NCBI RefSeq assembly: GCF_009914755.1
Contig: NC_060931.1
Source: the human T2T-CHM13v2.0 reference genome, Homo sapiens
DNA: 64,000 bases
Reading direction: 5' to 3' (one strand)
Shown here: piece by piece, positions 1 to 13,193 of the stretch
Layout: the number at the start of each line of letters is the position of its first letter
How positions within the stretch are numbered: the stretch's first letter is position 1
Notes under the pieces: generated by a model
What the model was told of the DNA's origin: nothing
The model's database searches: none
The model's input: the letters and a program-made list of their open reading frames with translations, nothing else
Position numbers and translations under genes: made by a program

Positions 1-519
1 TCCCACTTAGAAGAGAAAGTGAAGTCATTCTGGGGAGGTAATAGAAAAGAAGTACAAGAAAAATGTGAAAAAGGCAATTGCTATCTCCATCTACCCATTG
101 GGGGCATAGGACCATGTTCATAACATGAGAAGAACTATTTAGCATTAGTGCTATTAGAAATGTGCAGTCATATTCCCTGTTGGATATGCCAAGAACATAT
201 CTCCATTATACAACCAGAGCATGTCTTTTCCCTCTTACTGGACAGTGGACTGGAGACTCCTAGAGCTCCAGGTTTCTGGCGAAGGATGGGACAGTCATAG
301 GATCTTAGGTATGATAATGGTCTCCTGGAAGCTTTCTTCACATATTTTCTTGTACCCTTTTGAAACATTCTCTTCACTGAAGTCTTACTGATTATTTTAA
401 GAAACAAAAATTAGTTTCTGGATTAAAATTGTTTAGTGGATTCACATTGTTTTGGAAGAGGAAAGCTCGTGTCTGCCTCACTGTCATTTACTCACTTTAT
501 TCCACACATCAACCACAAG

Positions 520-800
520 AGGACATCTCTAAATCAAAGACTGTGCAATGCTCCTTTTGTCCAAGTTCTTGCTTTGCCTGGCATGCTCGCTCCCCTCTCT
601 CCCTCTCCTTAAGTAGTCTCTACAACTCATCTTTCTCAGTTTATCCTAAAGCCTCCTTCCTCAAGGAAGCCCTCCCTGACCTTCCATAGATGCTCCTATG
701 GAATCTTTGTAGCATTCATCCTAATTGTGAATATAATTTTGATTGTGCAAATAATTGTTTGATAACTCTTCACTAAACTAAACTTTAAGCTCCTCTGTGG
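520..800 (+). mobile_element. Degenerate L2-like LINE 3' fragment
   Basis: Contains L2 3'-type phrases (cctcaaggaagccctccctgac ... actaaactttaagctcctctgtggcagag). Heavily diverged; boundaries approximate. Confidence 0.4.
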
Positions 801-1030
801 CAGAGAGGTCTGACTTTTCTACTAATGGGGATTATATCACTTCTGTCTCCACCTCCAACACTGAACAGAATTGAGAAGCAGACATAGGAGTTAGATGGAG
901 TATCAACATAATAGCTATACATTGCTAAATCTTGACTAATTCAGCCTCATCTCTGCCCTGAATTAGGCTTCCTGCTAATTCTTTCGGAATTGGACTTACT
1001 TGCTGAAATATTAGAAGAAACAAGGAGTTA

Positions 1031-1338
1031 CCAGGTGCTGTGACTCATGCCTGTAATCTCAGCATTTTGGGAGGCTGAGAAAGAAGGATTTCTTGAGCCT
1101 GGGAGTTTGAAACCAGTCTGGGCAACATAAGGAGACCTTCTCTCTACAAAAAATCTAAAAATTAACTAGGCATGGTAGTACATTCCTGTGATCCCAGCTA
1201 CTAGGGAGGCTGAGGCAGGAGGATCTCTTGAGTCCAAGAGTTTAAGGCTGCAGTGAGCCATACTCGAACCACTGCACTCCAGCCTGTGAGACAATGTAAG
1301 ACCCTGTCTCCAAAAAAAAAAAAAAAAAAAAAAAAAAA
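1031..1338 (+). mobile_element. Alu (AluJ-like)
   Basis: Dimeric Alu with A-rich linker and poly(A) tail at 1312-1338. J-type diagnostic phrases (ttgagcctgggagtttg, aggctgcagtgagcca). Confidence 0.95.
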
Positions 1339-1726
1339 GGGAAAAGAAAAAGAAAGAAAGTGAAAAAGAAAATAGGGACAATCACAGCCTTCTGCTGTCT
1401 GGTACCTACAAGAATTCTACATTTAGAGTAGGTGCTTATTAAGGCACTGCTTGTTGCTTTTTGCTTTTTTTTTTTTTCCAAATTGATGTCTTCTTTAGAT
1501 AAGCGTTTCTAACATCCATGATCAATTGTAAAATAATTACATCTTACTTTTTCTCCTTTATGCTACTTTCCCTGAAAACAGCACACAGTATAATATACAG
1601 CCCTTTAAGGTTTCTTAAAGGTTTCATTGAAAACAACAAAAGGATCAAATATAGGAGGTAAAATGACTCTCTTCTATGTCTCCCTGTTATAGGCTTCTTA
1701 TTTATTTATCTTTATTTTTATTTTTT

Positions 1727-2052
1727 GCAGTTGCAAGATTTAATAGAGTGAAATAGAGTGAAAACAGAGCTCCCATACAAATGGAGGGGACCCAAAGGGG
1801 GTTGCTGTTGCTGGCTCGAATGCCTGGGTTTATGTCCCGATCCTTGTCCCTCCCACTGTGCTCTCAGGCAATAGATGATTGGCTATTTCTTTACCTCCTG
1901 TTTTTGCATAATTAGCATTTTAGTGAGCTCTCTGATTGGTTGGGTGGGAGCTAAGTTGCGAGCACCATGTTTAAAGGTGGATGCGGTCACCTTCCCAGCT
2001 AGGCTTAGGGATTCTTAGTCAGCCTAGGAAATCCAGCTAGTCCTGTCTCTCA
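1727..2052 (-). promoter_or_regulatory. HERV-W 3' LTR remnant (U3-R, no U5)
   Basis: 326 nt from the TG at 2052 to the end of R at 1727. CCAAT boxes (ATTGG on +), TATA-like ATAAA near 1830 and poly(A) signal ATTAAA (tttaat at 1739-1744). Preceded by the polypurine tract GAGAGGGGG at ~2056-2064. Confidence 0.9.
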
Positions 2053-2099
2053 GTACCCCCTCTCAACAGGAAAACCCAAGTGTTGTTGGGGAGGTTGGC

Positions 2100-2373
2100 C
2101 GATGACCACTCTAACTGCTTCCTGCTGAATTGGGGCATAGTAGGGGTTGTGCAGTTGAGATTTTCTCGGGAGGGGTGCCTTCGACATCATTAACATCAGA
2201 GAATGGGCTAGCAGGCCATTTCAGGGGTCCACGGTGGATCTTAGTCATGGACTGCATCTGGGGCTCCATTTGAAAAACCATTTGTAGTTTTACAGTTTCA
2301 ATTCTGGAAGAGACAAACTTAACAAGGAGGTTAAAGATACAGGGATTGAAATGTATGGCCTGCAGTGTAGGGG
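2100..2373 (-). pseudogene. env: HERV-W env remnants: a 12-codon SU piece plus the TM cytoplasmic tail
   Basis: The - strand reads PLHCRPYISIPV (cf. syncytin-1-type SU PLxFRPYxSIPV), then PCIFNLLVKFVSSRIETVKLQM...MEPQMQSMTKI (TM tail). The rest of env is absent. Confidence 0.8.
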
Positions 2374-4715
2374 ATTATTTCTTTGGCACACCTCACAGGC
2401 CCTGACTATCTGCTTGATAGTTTTGAAAAGGCCTGGTCCAGTAAATAATAATTTGGCCATCTGATGGGTGCTATCAATGCCTAAGTGGAAGGTTTGATGA
2501 AGGGTTTTAAGTAATTTTTATTGGTTAGCTGCAGGCAAAAATATTTTTCCTTCTTCGGTGGCTAGCCATCTGAAGGGGAGGGAAGTATGTCCTCATGAGG
2601 TTCCCTATTCTATTTTTCCTGCTGAGTACTAGGGCTTGGTTTCCCAGAGGGGGTTACCCCATATTAGGGGTCCTTCTATAAGCATTTCTAATGGAGGGTC
2701 CTGCCTTGCGGGTCATTTGGCTTCAATACCCGCTTGGCGGTTCCCTTCTATTTCCCTTTCCTTTCCTTTCTGATGACCCCGGCAGTGTAAGACTGCCACC
2801 TCTTTAGGTTTCTGTACAGTGAATAATAATTTCCTAATGGCTTCCTAATGTTTGATAGGTGTTCCCTCAGAAGTTAGGAATTCCCTTTCTCTCCACATTG
2901 CTGCGTGGGCATGGAGGACTAGGTAAGCATACTTAGAGTCTGTATATATATTTACCCATTTTCCTTCTCCTAATTCTAGTGCCCGAATGAGGGCTATTAG
3001 TTTTGCCAGCTGAGCACTAGTTCCTGGAGTGAGGGGATTACTTTCAAGTATTCCATTATCACTGACCACTGCATACCCCACTTTTCGAAGTCCTTTTTCT
3101 ACAAAGGAACTTCCATTAGTATACAAGTTGAGGTCGGGATCAGTCAAGGGAACCTCTAAAAGGTCCCTTCAAGTGGCGTAGTTTTGAGCAATTACTTGTT
3201 GACAGTTCCGTTCTATCTTTTCTTCATTGTCTGGAAGAAATGTGGCTGGTTTAAGAGTTGCACAAGTGTGCAGTCGCAGCACTGGCCCTTCAAGTAATAA
3301 AGCCTGATATTTAAGTAAACAGTTGTCTGACAGCCACAAGTCTCCTTTAGCAGTGAGTATGTCATTCACATCATGAGATGTCCACACAGTAAGATCTCTT
3401 CCCTGTATTATTTTAACTGCTTCAGATACTAAGACTGCTACTGCCACCAGTACCTGTAAACAATGAGGCCAACCCTTTGCCACTACATCTATTTTCTTAC
3501 TCAGGTATGCCATGGGTTGCAAGCTTGTCCTTTGGACCTGTGTAAGGACTCCTAGAGCTATTCCTGTTTTTTCTGTGACATATAAAGAAAAGTCTTGCCC
3601 CATTGGCAAGCTTAACACTGGGACTTGGGTTAGGGCCTTCTTTAGGGCCTGGAAAGCCACTTCTGCTTCAGGTGTCCATCTTACTAAATGGGTATTGGCT
3701 TTCTGAGTTTCTTTAATTAGTGTATATAATGGTCTGGCTATTTTGTCATACCTGTGAATCCATATTCGGCAGAAACCTATTATGCCAAGGAACCTTCTTA
3801 GTTGCTTTAGGGTTTTGGGATGAGGATAAGCCAGTATAGGTTGGATACATTCCTCACTGAGGGCCCTGGTGCCTTTGAATAATTTTAGTGCTAAGTATTT
3901 AACCTGGTATGAGCAGAGCTGAGCCTTTGGTTTGGAAACCTGTAGCCACAGGTAGTGAAGAAACTTAAGAGCACTTGGGTGGCTTGACGGCACAAGATTT
4001 CTGAATAGGTGGCTAAAATTAAATCATCCCTGTACCGAAGGACAAGAGTGTCCAGGTATGAGAATTGACTCAAGTCTTGGGCTAATGCCTGGCCAAATAG
4101 ATGGGGGCTGTCCTTGAACCCTTGGGGTAAAACAGTCCAGGTGAGTTGAGACGTTGGGTTCGAAGGATCTTTAAAGGCAAACAAGAATTGAGAGTCAGGA
4201 TGTACAGGGATGCAGAAAAATGCATCCTTAAGGTCCAGGACTGTAAACCACTCTGCTTCCTCTGGTATTTGGGAAAGCAGAGTATAAAGGTTAGGTACAG
4301 CTGGGTATAGAGGAACAACAGCCTCACTGATAATCCTGAGATCTTGCACTAACCTCCACTGCCCGTTGGGTTTCTGTACTCCTAAAATTGGAGTCTTGCA
4401 AGGGCTATTGCTTGGTTTTACTAGGCCTTGGGCTTTTAGGTCCTTTACAATCTTTTGGAGTTCTTGTTGGGTCTCGGGTCTGAGGGGGTACTGCCTTTGG
4501 TAGGGAAAGGAGGCGGAATCCTTTAGTTTAACTTGAACAGGACGGGCATTCTTTGCTTGTCCATATTGTCCTTCTGTTGCCCGGACTTCAGGATTAATTC
4601 CTTCCTCAAGCAGGGGACAACAAACAGTTGTTCCTTCTCCTATATTCACATGTATAATGGCCCCTGCTTTTGCTAGAATGTCTCTCCCTAACAAGAGAGT
4701 GGGGCTTTCAGGCAT
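2374..4715 (-). pseudogene. pol: HERV-W pol pseudogene (RT, RNase H, integrase HHCC zinc finger only)
   Basis: ORF 3891-4715 has WRLVQDLR, LDLKDAFF, LPQG and YRDD. ORF 3169-3993 is the RT thumb/connection region. ORF 2845-3147 is RNase H (YTNGSS, SAQLAKL, YTDSKY). The integrase HHCC motif (H..FHLG...CEVC) ends at ~2374. Broken by a frameshift and stops. Confidence 0.93.
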
Positions 4716-4717
4716 AA

Positions 4718-4930
4718 TTAGAAAAGCATGTGGAAGAGTAAAGTTCCCCAGTCACAACTTAGTGGCTGGGAGAAGTATCTAGTGACTGGCTGTCCTAGGA
4801 CCCTTCGGACAGTGACAGATCTGGAGGACAGTTGTCCAGGACAGGAAAGTAAGACTGAGAAGGCCGCGCCAGTGTCCAGGAGACAGTTACCCTTCTGACC
4901 CTCAATGGTCAAGCATACCTGGGGCTCTGT
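4718..4930 (-). pseudogene. pro: HERV-W protease fragment
   Basis: LLDTGA aspartyl-protease motif in ORF 4718-4912. A frameshift separates it from LLGRD in the next ORF. Confidence 0.88.
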
Positions 4931-4959
4931 GAGGGTGATGGCATGGGCTGGCGCTTGCC

Positions 4960-6429
4960 CCGGGCACCCTCAGTCCTGCTGCTGGATCATCTGGTTAGTG
5001 GCTTCTGACTCAGAGGACCTTCATCCCCTGGGGCAGTGGGCCTTCCAGTGATTCCCTTGACATAAGGGGCATGGACGAGGTGGTGGCTTATTTCTATTGG
5101 ACAATCTTTTTTAAAGTGTCCTTGTAGACCACACTGGAAGCAAGCCCTATTAGGCATTCGATTTGCCCAGCTTTTCCCTGTTCCAGAACCTCCAAAGTCT
5201 GCTTGCCTGAGGGCCATGACTAAAGCAGTGGCCTTTTTTTTTTATCCCGTTTGTCCCATTTTGCCTGCTCCTCCTGATCTCTATTATAAAAAACCGAAGT
5301 TGCCAAGTTCAATAGGGTTTCTAAGTTTTGCTCTGGGCCTAAGGCAGACTTTTGAAGTTTTTTTCTAATGTCTGCAGCTAACTGAGTGATAAACTTATCC
5401 TTTAAGTTAGTTGGCCTTCAGTAGAGTCAGGTGACAGGGAGGTGTGCTTCCTTAATGCCTCCCTTAGTCTCTCCAGAAAGGCAGTAGAATTTTCTTCCTT
5501 TCCCTGTGTTATGTGGACATCATTGAATAATTCATAGGCTTCTTCCTAGTTTTCCTCAGTCCTTCTAGCACGCAAGTTAGCAAATGTCTGCGGCACCAAT
5601 CTCCATGTTCTGATTCTGTGTCCTAATGAGGGTCTACACTGGGAACTGCCTGCTGGCCTGTGGGGAATCATTCTCTTTCCTCTGTTGTCATCCTGTCATT
5701 GACCTGACTGAGATACCAGAGATCGCCAAACTCTTGGGTTGCAGTTATGGCGGCACTTCTCTCATTTGGGGTTAGTGTCTGATTTAGCAGTGATATTATA
5801 TCTCTCCATGTCAGATTAAAGGATTGTCCTAACCCTTGTAAAACATCAATATAGCCATCAGGGTTATCTGAGAATTTACCTAGGTCTATTTTAATTTGCT
5901 TTAAGTCTGAAAGAGAAAAAGGTACATGCACTCTGGCTGGGCCGAATTCTCCTCCTCCCACTGCTTGGAAGGGGCATAATCAGGGAACATTGGCACTCTT
6001 TGATTTATTGTTTACCCATTTGTTTATCTCCTTTTGGACCGTTTGGGTTGAAGGGGGGTCCTTACTAGTTGGGGAAGGAGTCAGGGGGATGCTGGGATAG
6101 GGAGGTAGACTCTGAGGGCTTCCTGTAGGGCATAAACTACACTTTTTACATAATTGCGAGTTGTCTCTTAATGAAAAGAAAGTTTGCACATATGGCACTT
6201 CACTCCATTTGCCTTCTTTTCTACAAAAGAGGTCTAGCTGTAAGATGGTGTTATAATTTGTACTTCCCTCAGGAGGCCAGGTTTCTCCCCCTTGAAGAGG
6301 ATATCGTGGCCAGGCGGTACTGCAGAAGAATATAAGTCGTTTCTTTCTTAGCGTCTGAGGGTCAAATTGGTCCTAATTCTCCAGAATACATCTTACGGGC
6401 ATTTTTGCCTTGGGGGGAACATTTCCCAT
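4960..6429 (-). pseudogene. gag: HERV-W gag pseudogene
   Basis: ATG at 6429 (MGNVPPKAK...). Capsid segment PFSLSDLKQIKIDLGKFSDNPDGY and NC knuckle CFQCGLQGHFKKDC. Multiple stops and frameshifts. Confidence 0.9.
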
Positions 6430-6521
6430 CTGAAAAAAGAACATAAGGATGCCAGCACCCCTAGTTATTTTCCGATGAGCATTAGTCCTAGAGCGTCCTC
6501 TAAGGGCCTAATGCTTATTCT

Positions 6522-6886
6522 TTTCCAGGGTGCGTAACCACCCATGGACCTCTGCTTATCAGATTAGTGATGCTCACCAATGTAGCAGTCCTGCACTCCC
6601 TTTCCCACCTTTCTTGACCACAAAGAAAGGGGTCCGGGCTGCTGGATTCTAGTGGTCCTTTACCAGTGTGCCCAACATTTCCTTTGTGCTCAGAGGTGAG
6701 TTCCTTTCCAGGGTGTGTCACCACCCATGGACCTCTGCTTATCGGATTAGTTACGCTCGCCAATGTAGCAGTCCTGCACCTGTTTTCCTGCCTTTCTTGA
6801 CCACAAAGAAAGCGGTCCGGGCTGCTGGATTCTAGTGGTCCTTTACCAGCATGCCCAGCATTGCCTTTGTGCTCAGGGGTGAGTCC
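6522..6886. repeat. Two ~183-bp tandem copies in the HERV-W pre-gag leader
   Basis: tttccagggtg...cacccatggacctctgcttatc...ggattctagtggtcc...gtgctcag starts at 6522 and again at 6705. Confidence 0.9.
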
Positions 6887-8393
6887 TAGAGCTGGGCTGG
6901 GTTCCTGAGTATTTCATAACAACCCAGCTGACCCATCAAGATGCATTCCCATAAACAACAGTTCTTATGCAAATTCATTTCAGAGAGGGTATAGCTAACC
7001 TTTTGAATCAGGATTGAGATAGTCTTTTGATTCTGTAAGTACTTTAAGGCTTGGCTGAGTGCAAACAGCTCGCACATTTGAGGAGACCAATTCTTAGGCA
7101 ATTTTTTAACTCTGCTTCCACAAGAGTCTCCGTATCAATTACTGAATACCCATTGTATTCAGTACCCATCTGTCACCTGGGAGGAACCATCTACCATCCT
7201 GTCATGAAGGGAGTTCCTCCTAGGTCTGGTCGGACCTTTGTGTGGTAATTAAGATTTAAATCCCTTGTTAGGAAATCTGATGGGTTAAGGGAATTATCAG
7301 TGGTTGGAGTTACATTACCCTTTTCTAACATAGTAGCCCCATACTTTAAGATTATTGAGTTAGTAAGCTACCTTTTTGCTTTTTTTTGACTTAGAATAAC
7401 TCTGAACTGGTGAGGTGCGCTCACAACGAGGTTTCCTCTAAAAGTTACTTTTCTACTTTTAGCAAAGCAGTTGTCGCTACCGACTGAATGCATTTGGCCC
7501 ATCCTTGGTTACTGGGTTAAGGATTTGCTACGCCCTTATTTACACTGACAACAAAGTGACAATTATCAATTATAGGTTTTAAATTTACCCTGACTTTTAA
7601 AGGAATAGGGCACACTTTTTTTTTTAACTATTTCTATCTTTTTCTTTCTTTTTCTCTATGACTCCCTCTTTGTCTCTCTCTCCCCCCCTCTCTCTCTAAT
7701 TCCCTCTCTCCCTCTTAGCCATTACAAACTCGGGGCCCTGGCAAGGGTGGTGGGGAACGGGTCCCACATAACTGCCCATGTCGAGAGCTGTATACGTAAA
7801 TCGGGAGGGATACCAGGGATAAGACTCCCTGGGTTATAGCCTAGGTGCCTAAGGACATAGCATAGAGCCTCCTTAGATCCCTTCGGAGATACAACTTGCT
7901 AGAGGAAATGAAAGTCTGAACCATTAGTACCTAGGAGGCAGGGATCAGAGGAAGTAGATTCAGAGGTCAGGAGAATTTTGCGGCTACGCTTTCAAGAAAG
8001 TCACAGTCAGGACCCCAGAGGTATACTTCAGAAGGAAAGGTAGGGGCGCACACATGGGCAACTGCTGGGTAGAGAATTCTGGCTGTGCCATGATCTCAGC
8101 CGGCTACTGCCAGGAGTTCGGGACAACAGCTTTCTGCCTCTAGTCGGCCCTCGGCTTCCCCAAGAAAATTGAAAGTGGCAGCTGGCTCCAGGCAGACAAA
8201 CGTCCGCAGTAGAAGGGTTGGGGGTTGTTAGAAAGCCCTTCCCCAGATAGCCTCACACCTGAGTCTTAAGTTCGGCGACCATGCTAATCATTTTTAACTG
8301 GCCAACAGATGCCCAGTATTTTCCTCCAGTTCTAAGGAAGAATAGAACAGAATAGCAAGCTAAAGTGGTCCAATATTACTCACAGCTTTGGAT

Positions 8394-8411
8394 GTCCCTT
8401 CGTGGTCGCCA
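8394..8411 (-). other. Retroviral primer-binding site TGGCGACCACGAAGGGAC (tRNA-Arg type)
   Basis: Lies 3 nt after the CA end of U5. The major splice donor GTGAGT follows at 8383-8378. Confidence 0.85.
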
Positions 8412-8414
8412 AAA

Positions 8415-8952
<538 letters not shown>

Positions 8953-11900
8953 TGGGTTTTTTAAAGCTTTTTAAGCTTTTTAAAAAAATTTTAAGCTTTT
9001 TAAAACATTACTTGATCTAGAAAAACAAAAGCACAAAAATGTACTAATAGTGTAATTTGTTTACCAAAGGCAGAACATTTTAGGAAATGGCAAAACAGAT
9101 TCAGGCTACCCTGGATCATAGAAGTCCTATAAACTACTTCAGAGATGAGGGTTTCTCCTGGGCACAAGATTGTAGTGGAAGGAGCCAGGGAGCAGACCGT
9201 GGGAGTCATATTCATCCTTCTTGTCTTTCACTATTTTTGGTTTCACCTTTGAAGGTGTCACACTGAACCAGATTTACAGTCAATGCACAGGGAAAATATT
9301 GGAAGTGAAGGTTAATCCCAAGAAGCAGCCAACATACATAGAGACAAGAGGGAAAAGGAGAGGAGGATAATTTCTTAAACTATTTGGGGATCAGGGATTT
9401 CAGGCTATTTCTGAGTAGGCATCTGTATATCTTGCTATTGTAATTATTCAATGACATTTAGTTTTCTTTTTTCATATAAATGAAATATCTACTTACTGTT
9501 GAAAACTTTCAGAAACACAGAAAAGTATAATAATGAAAATAATTATTTCACTTAATATCCCCCATCTGTTCTTTCAAATGAGCTTTTTGATTTTACATTT
9601 AAACATGATTGGAGATGATTGTGAACAACTTACCTCATCAGAAAAATTATTTAGAAAAGCAACTTACCCAGTCTTCTGTGACACATTACTAAATTTAACT
9701 TCAAAAGTTAAGTGCTATATAAACATAGATAAGAAAATATAAATACATATATGTTAAAGCCTCAGTTACTCTCTAATACTGCAGGTTTCTTCCAAGTTCT
9801 ATTCATTCATTCAATCTCTTGCTTATTTATTTTATGAAAATTATTGTTCACTTGGATTTTGATAACACCTGTATTTTGGGGAGTAGAGTCATTCTATGAA
9901 AAACATATGTTACTCTTCAAAATTCTCATTGGAGTATTAAATATTTGGTTAAAAAATATTCTCTTCTCTTGAGGAAGTTATATTCAGTTTCCATCCTGAC
10001 ATGCCACACAGTACAATGCTGATGCCACTTTACTGTAGTTCAGGACTAGAATACATGAGTCAATTCTGACTTGTTAAGAATTTCCTTCTTCTCCCAAAGG
10101 AAAACACATGATTGCTCTTGGGGAATGGCTGGAAATCAGATTTAACCTTTTATTTAGGTTTTTTGGAGGACTGAGGAGATTTGGCCAAATAAGTGTATGC
10201 TTTTTACAACGTGTCTAACAGCCAAAATTTTGGCTAAGATGTGAATATGCAAGAAAAGTTAGCAAGCTCAATAGACACACAAAACAACTTTTGATGGGAA
10301 GAACAGAAAAAGGGTATAAACATTGTAGAATTTATGAAAATATTCACAGTAAAAAAATTCTTATAAATTATTACAAGATTTACTATTTCTTAATGAAATC
10401 CTGGCATGGTTTCTTATGCAATAGACAAGGTAAATTAATTAATTTAAAATTCATTAGTTAGCATATTGCTGTTGAAAACAATAGTAGAAAGGGAGGGGTT
10501 ATGGAGGAATTAGAGCCCTATCAGAACAATAAAAGATTTTGAAATTTAGAAAGACCTATTGCAATAGGATTGCTTCCTCGCACCATTCATTTTCAACTGT
10601 ATTTTTCAAGTTTATCTTAAGGTTTCAGTCATAGAGTTCCCAATATTATATCCTCATATTTTAATATATAACTTGACAGAGAAAGGTGCAAGATTAATGT
10701 CATTGATATACCAAGTGAGTTACACCAACACTTGCAAAGGTTTAGGTTTGGCCAACTGGTTAGTAAAATCTCTTTAGTCATATTTATTTCACTTTAACTT
10801 CTTTGGAGAGTTTCCCACAGTTATTAAGGCAGGTGTCCTTCTCACACTCTTATCAGATTTGGCTTGTGGGCCTTTGCCTCTCAAAGCTGAATTGTAAAAT
10901 GAGCCCCACCTTTAGGCTAGTTGTAACCACATATTTCAATCCTGTTATATTTCTGGTAAAAAAAAAATGGTCTAAAATGGCAGTTTGTGCCATCTGAAAA
11001 TTCACTAAGTAAGTTGACAAGGAACTTATCTCTTTTTTTTTTTTTAGTCTCTGAGAGTTTTGCATTTTAAAATCATAGACCTTCTCAGAAAGTAGATTGT
11101 TGAATTGTGAAGCTCCTGGGAGGTTAAAACTGAATGATCCTGTTGTCTCCTTACCACTACTTTGGAGTTTTCCCATTACATCTTTCTTGCTGTTTAAAAA
11201 GTTTTGTCGTTATTACCAGCAGGAGTTCTGATAGCCACATTTTAGAATTTATAAGATCATACACTTTACTAACTGGTAAAAAATATACTGTTAGAGAAAA
11301 AGAAAGGAGATTATAACAAAATTTCTTAAATTTCAGCCATGGACAATTACTTGTTATTTTTCACCTTTCCAAGCTTCTTAACAAATATTTAAATTTAGAC
11401 AACTTAACAGCATAGAGGAAAAATAGTTAAAATGCATATATTAGAAATGTTATAAAGCACTGGATTTGTCAAAGAAAACTAGATGGGAATTGTCAGTAAT
11501 TATACTAAGCTTATCTGCTTTTAATCATTTAGGCCACTATAGAACTTTTTAGAATGCATCAGTAAAATAGAAGTCTTAGAAATAAGTTAGGACGTTGAAT
11601 ATTACTGATGATATTAGAGTGTGAAAATCAACACAAAATAAGAATAGAATGCTACAGTAATTATGAAATGTGGACTGCAAATTTGGCTTAAGCCAAACGT
11701 ATTGTACTCTCTTTAGCTATACTAGCTTTTCCTGAATGACATGGTAGACATATTCCTTCATATCATAGGTATAGTGAATGTTGTAACACTTAACCTGAAG
11801 CTGTTTATTTTAGTGTATCCTGATGAAATAAAGGTACTGTTCCAAAATGAACTCAGTAAAACTAATTTTATAGCATACCAAGACAATATGACACATTGTG

Positions 11901-12379
11901 CAGTTTTCTAATGACCCCTAAGAAGCAACCTTAGAGTTTCTAGAGGAGTGAATGGTTTACTTTTCTTAACAAGATTCTAGGTGAGGATTGGAACCCAAAC
12001 ATGTGAAAGTTACTGGGGCCTTAAAGAAATGTTATTCCGGGTTATTGACAGACTATTGGTTGTGTGCCTTGGGAATCAATAGACAAATTTTAAGGTTGGC
12101 AGCGTTTTGTAAAACTGAGAGTGCTAAGTAAGAATGTCTCCTTTTCTTCTCCAAAAAGAGAACTTACATGAAAACATAGGACTTTTTTTTCATAGGAAAC
12201 TATTTCCTTGAGAAAGGGCATATGAAGAAATTACTGATCAATCCCCATTGTGTCCAAACCTCAAATTGCAGGATGAAGATGATTTTGGTTAGATGAAATT
12301 TCAAAGTGGACCATAGAATATATAATGAGACTAAACCATGAATAATGTATTAACTTATTTAAAAATGCATATCAAGTTT

Positions 12380-12680
12380 GGCCGGGCGCAGTGGCTCATG
12401 CCTGTAATCCCAGCACTTTGGGAGGCCGAGGTGGGTGGATCAGCTAAGGTCAGGAGTTGGAGACTAGCCTGGCCAACATGGTGAAACCCTGTCTCTACTA
12501 AAAATACAAAAATTAGTTGGGCATGGTGGCATGCTCCTGTAATCCTAGCTACTCAGGAGGTGGAGGCATGAGAATCACTTGAACCTGGGAGGCGGAGGTT
12601 GCTGATAGCTGAGATCGGACCACTGCTCTCCAGCCTGGGCAACAGAGTGACATTCAGTGTCAAAAAAAAAAAAAAAAAAA
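12380..12680 (+). mobile_element. Alu (AluS-like)
   Basis: GGCCGGGCGC start, poly(A) tail and imperfect TSD gcatatcaagtt/gcataacaagtt. Confidence 0.96.
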
Positions 12681-13149
12681 GCATAACAAGTTAAAAAAAA
12701 AGATTAGTGACAGTGAAAGGTTTTCTGTGGTGTAAATATTGTAAAACAACGTAATTTCAAGATACATATGAAAAATTCAAAAATTTTTTAAAAAGCATGT
12801 ATTATAGTTAGCTTAAACAGTACAGTATATAACTACTGGGGATAAAGGAAGTGAATAATGAGTCATTATTATTTTAAAATGAAATATAACAAAATGTATC
12901 AAAGTTATCACTTGTTAAATGTCACTATAAAACACCACCTACTGGGTAGTTTACTCATTCTACAGAGTAAACTGGTGCTCAGGAGCAGAGCCTGAATTTG
13001 TTTATGAGAAATTACTGAAGACTTGAGTTGAGAGTATTAATTCAGATTATCAAAAAGTTGGACTTCACCATTTGTTATATTATATATTCTAAACTGTTGA
13101 CTTACAGGCCAAATCCACGTACATGTTTTGTTTGGCACCATACTTTTGT

Positions 13150-13162
13150 TTTATTTATGTAT

Positions 13163-13193
<31 letters not shown>

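Noticed and set aside
3169-4715. Two 274-aa pol ORFs as a functional reverse transcriptase
   Set aside because: RT is split by a frameshift, gag and pro are broken, the integrase core is deleted and the 5' U3 promoter is missing.
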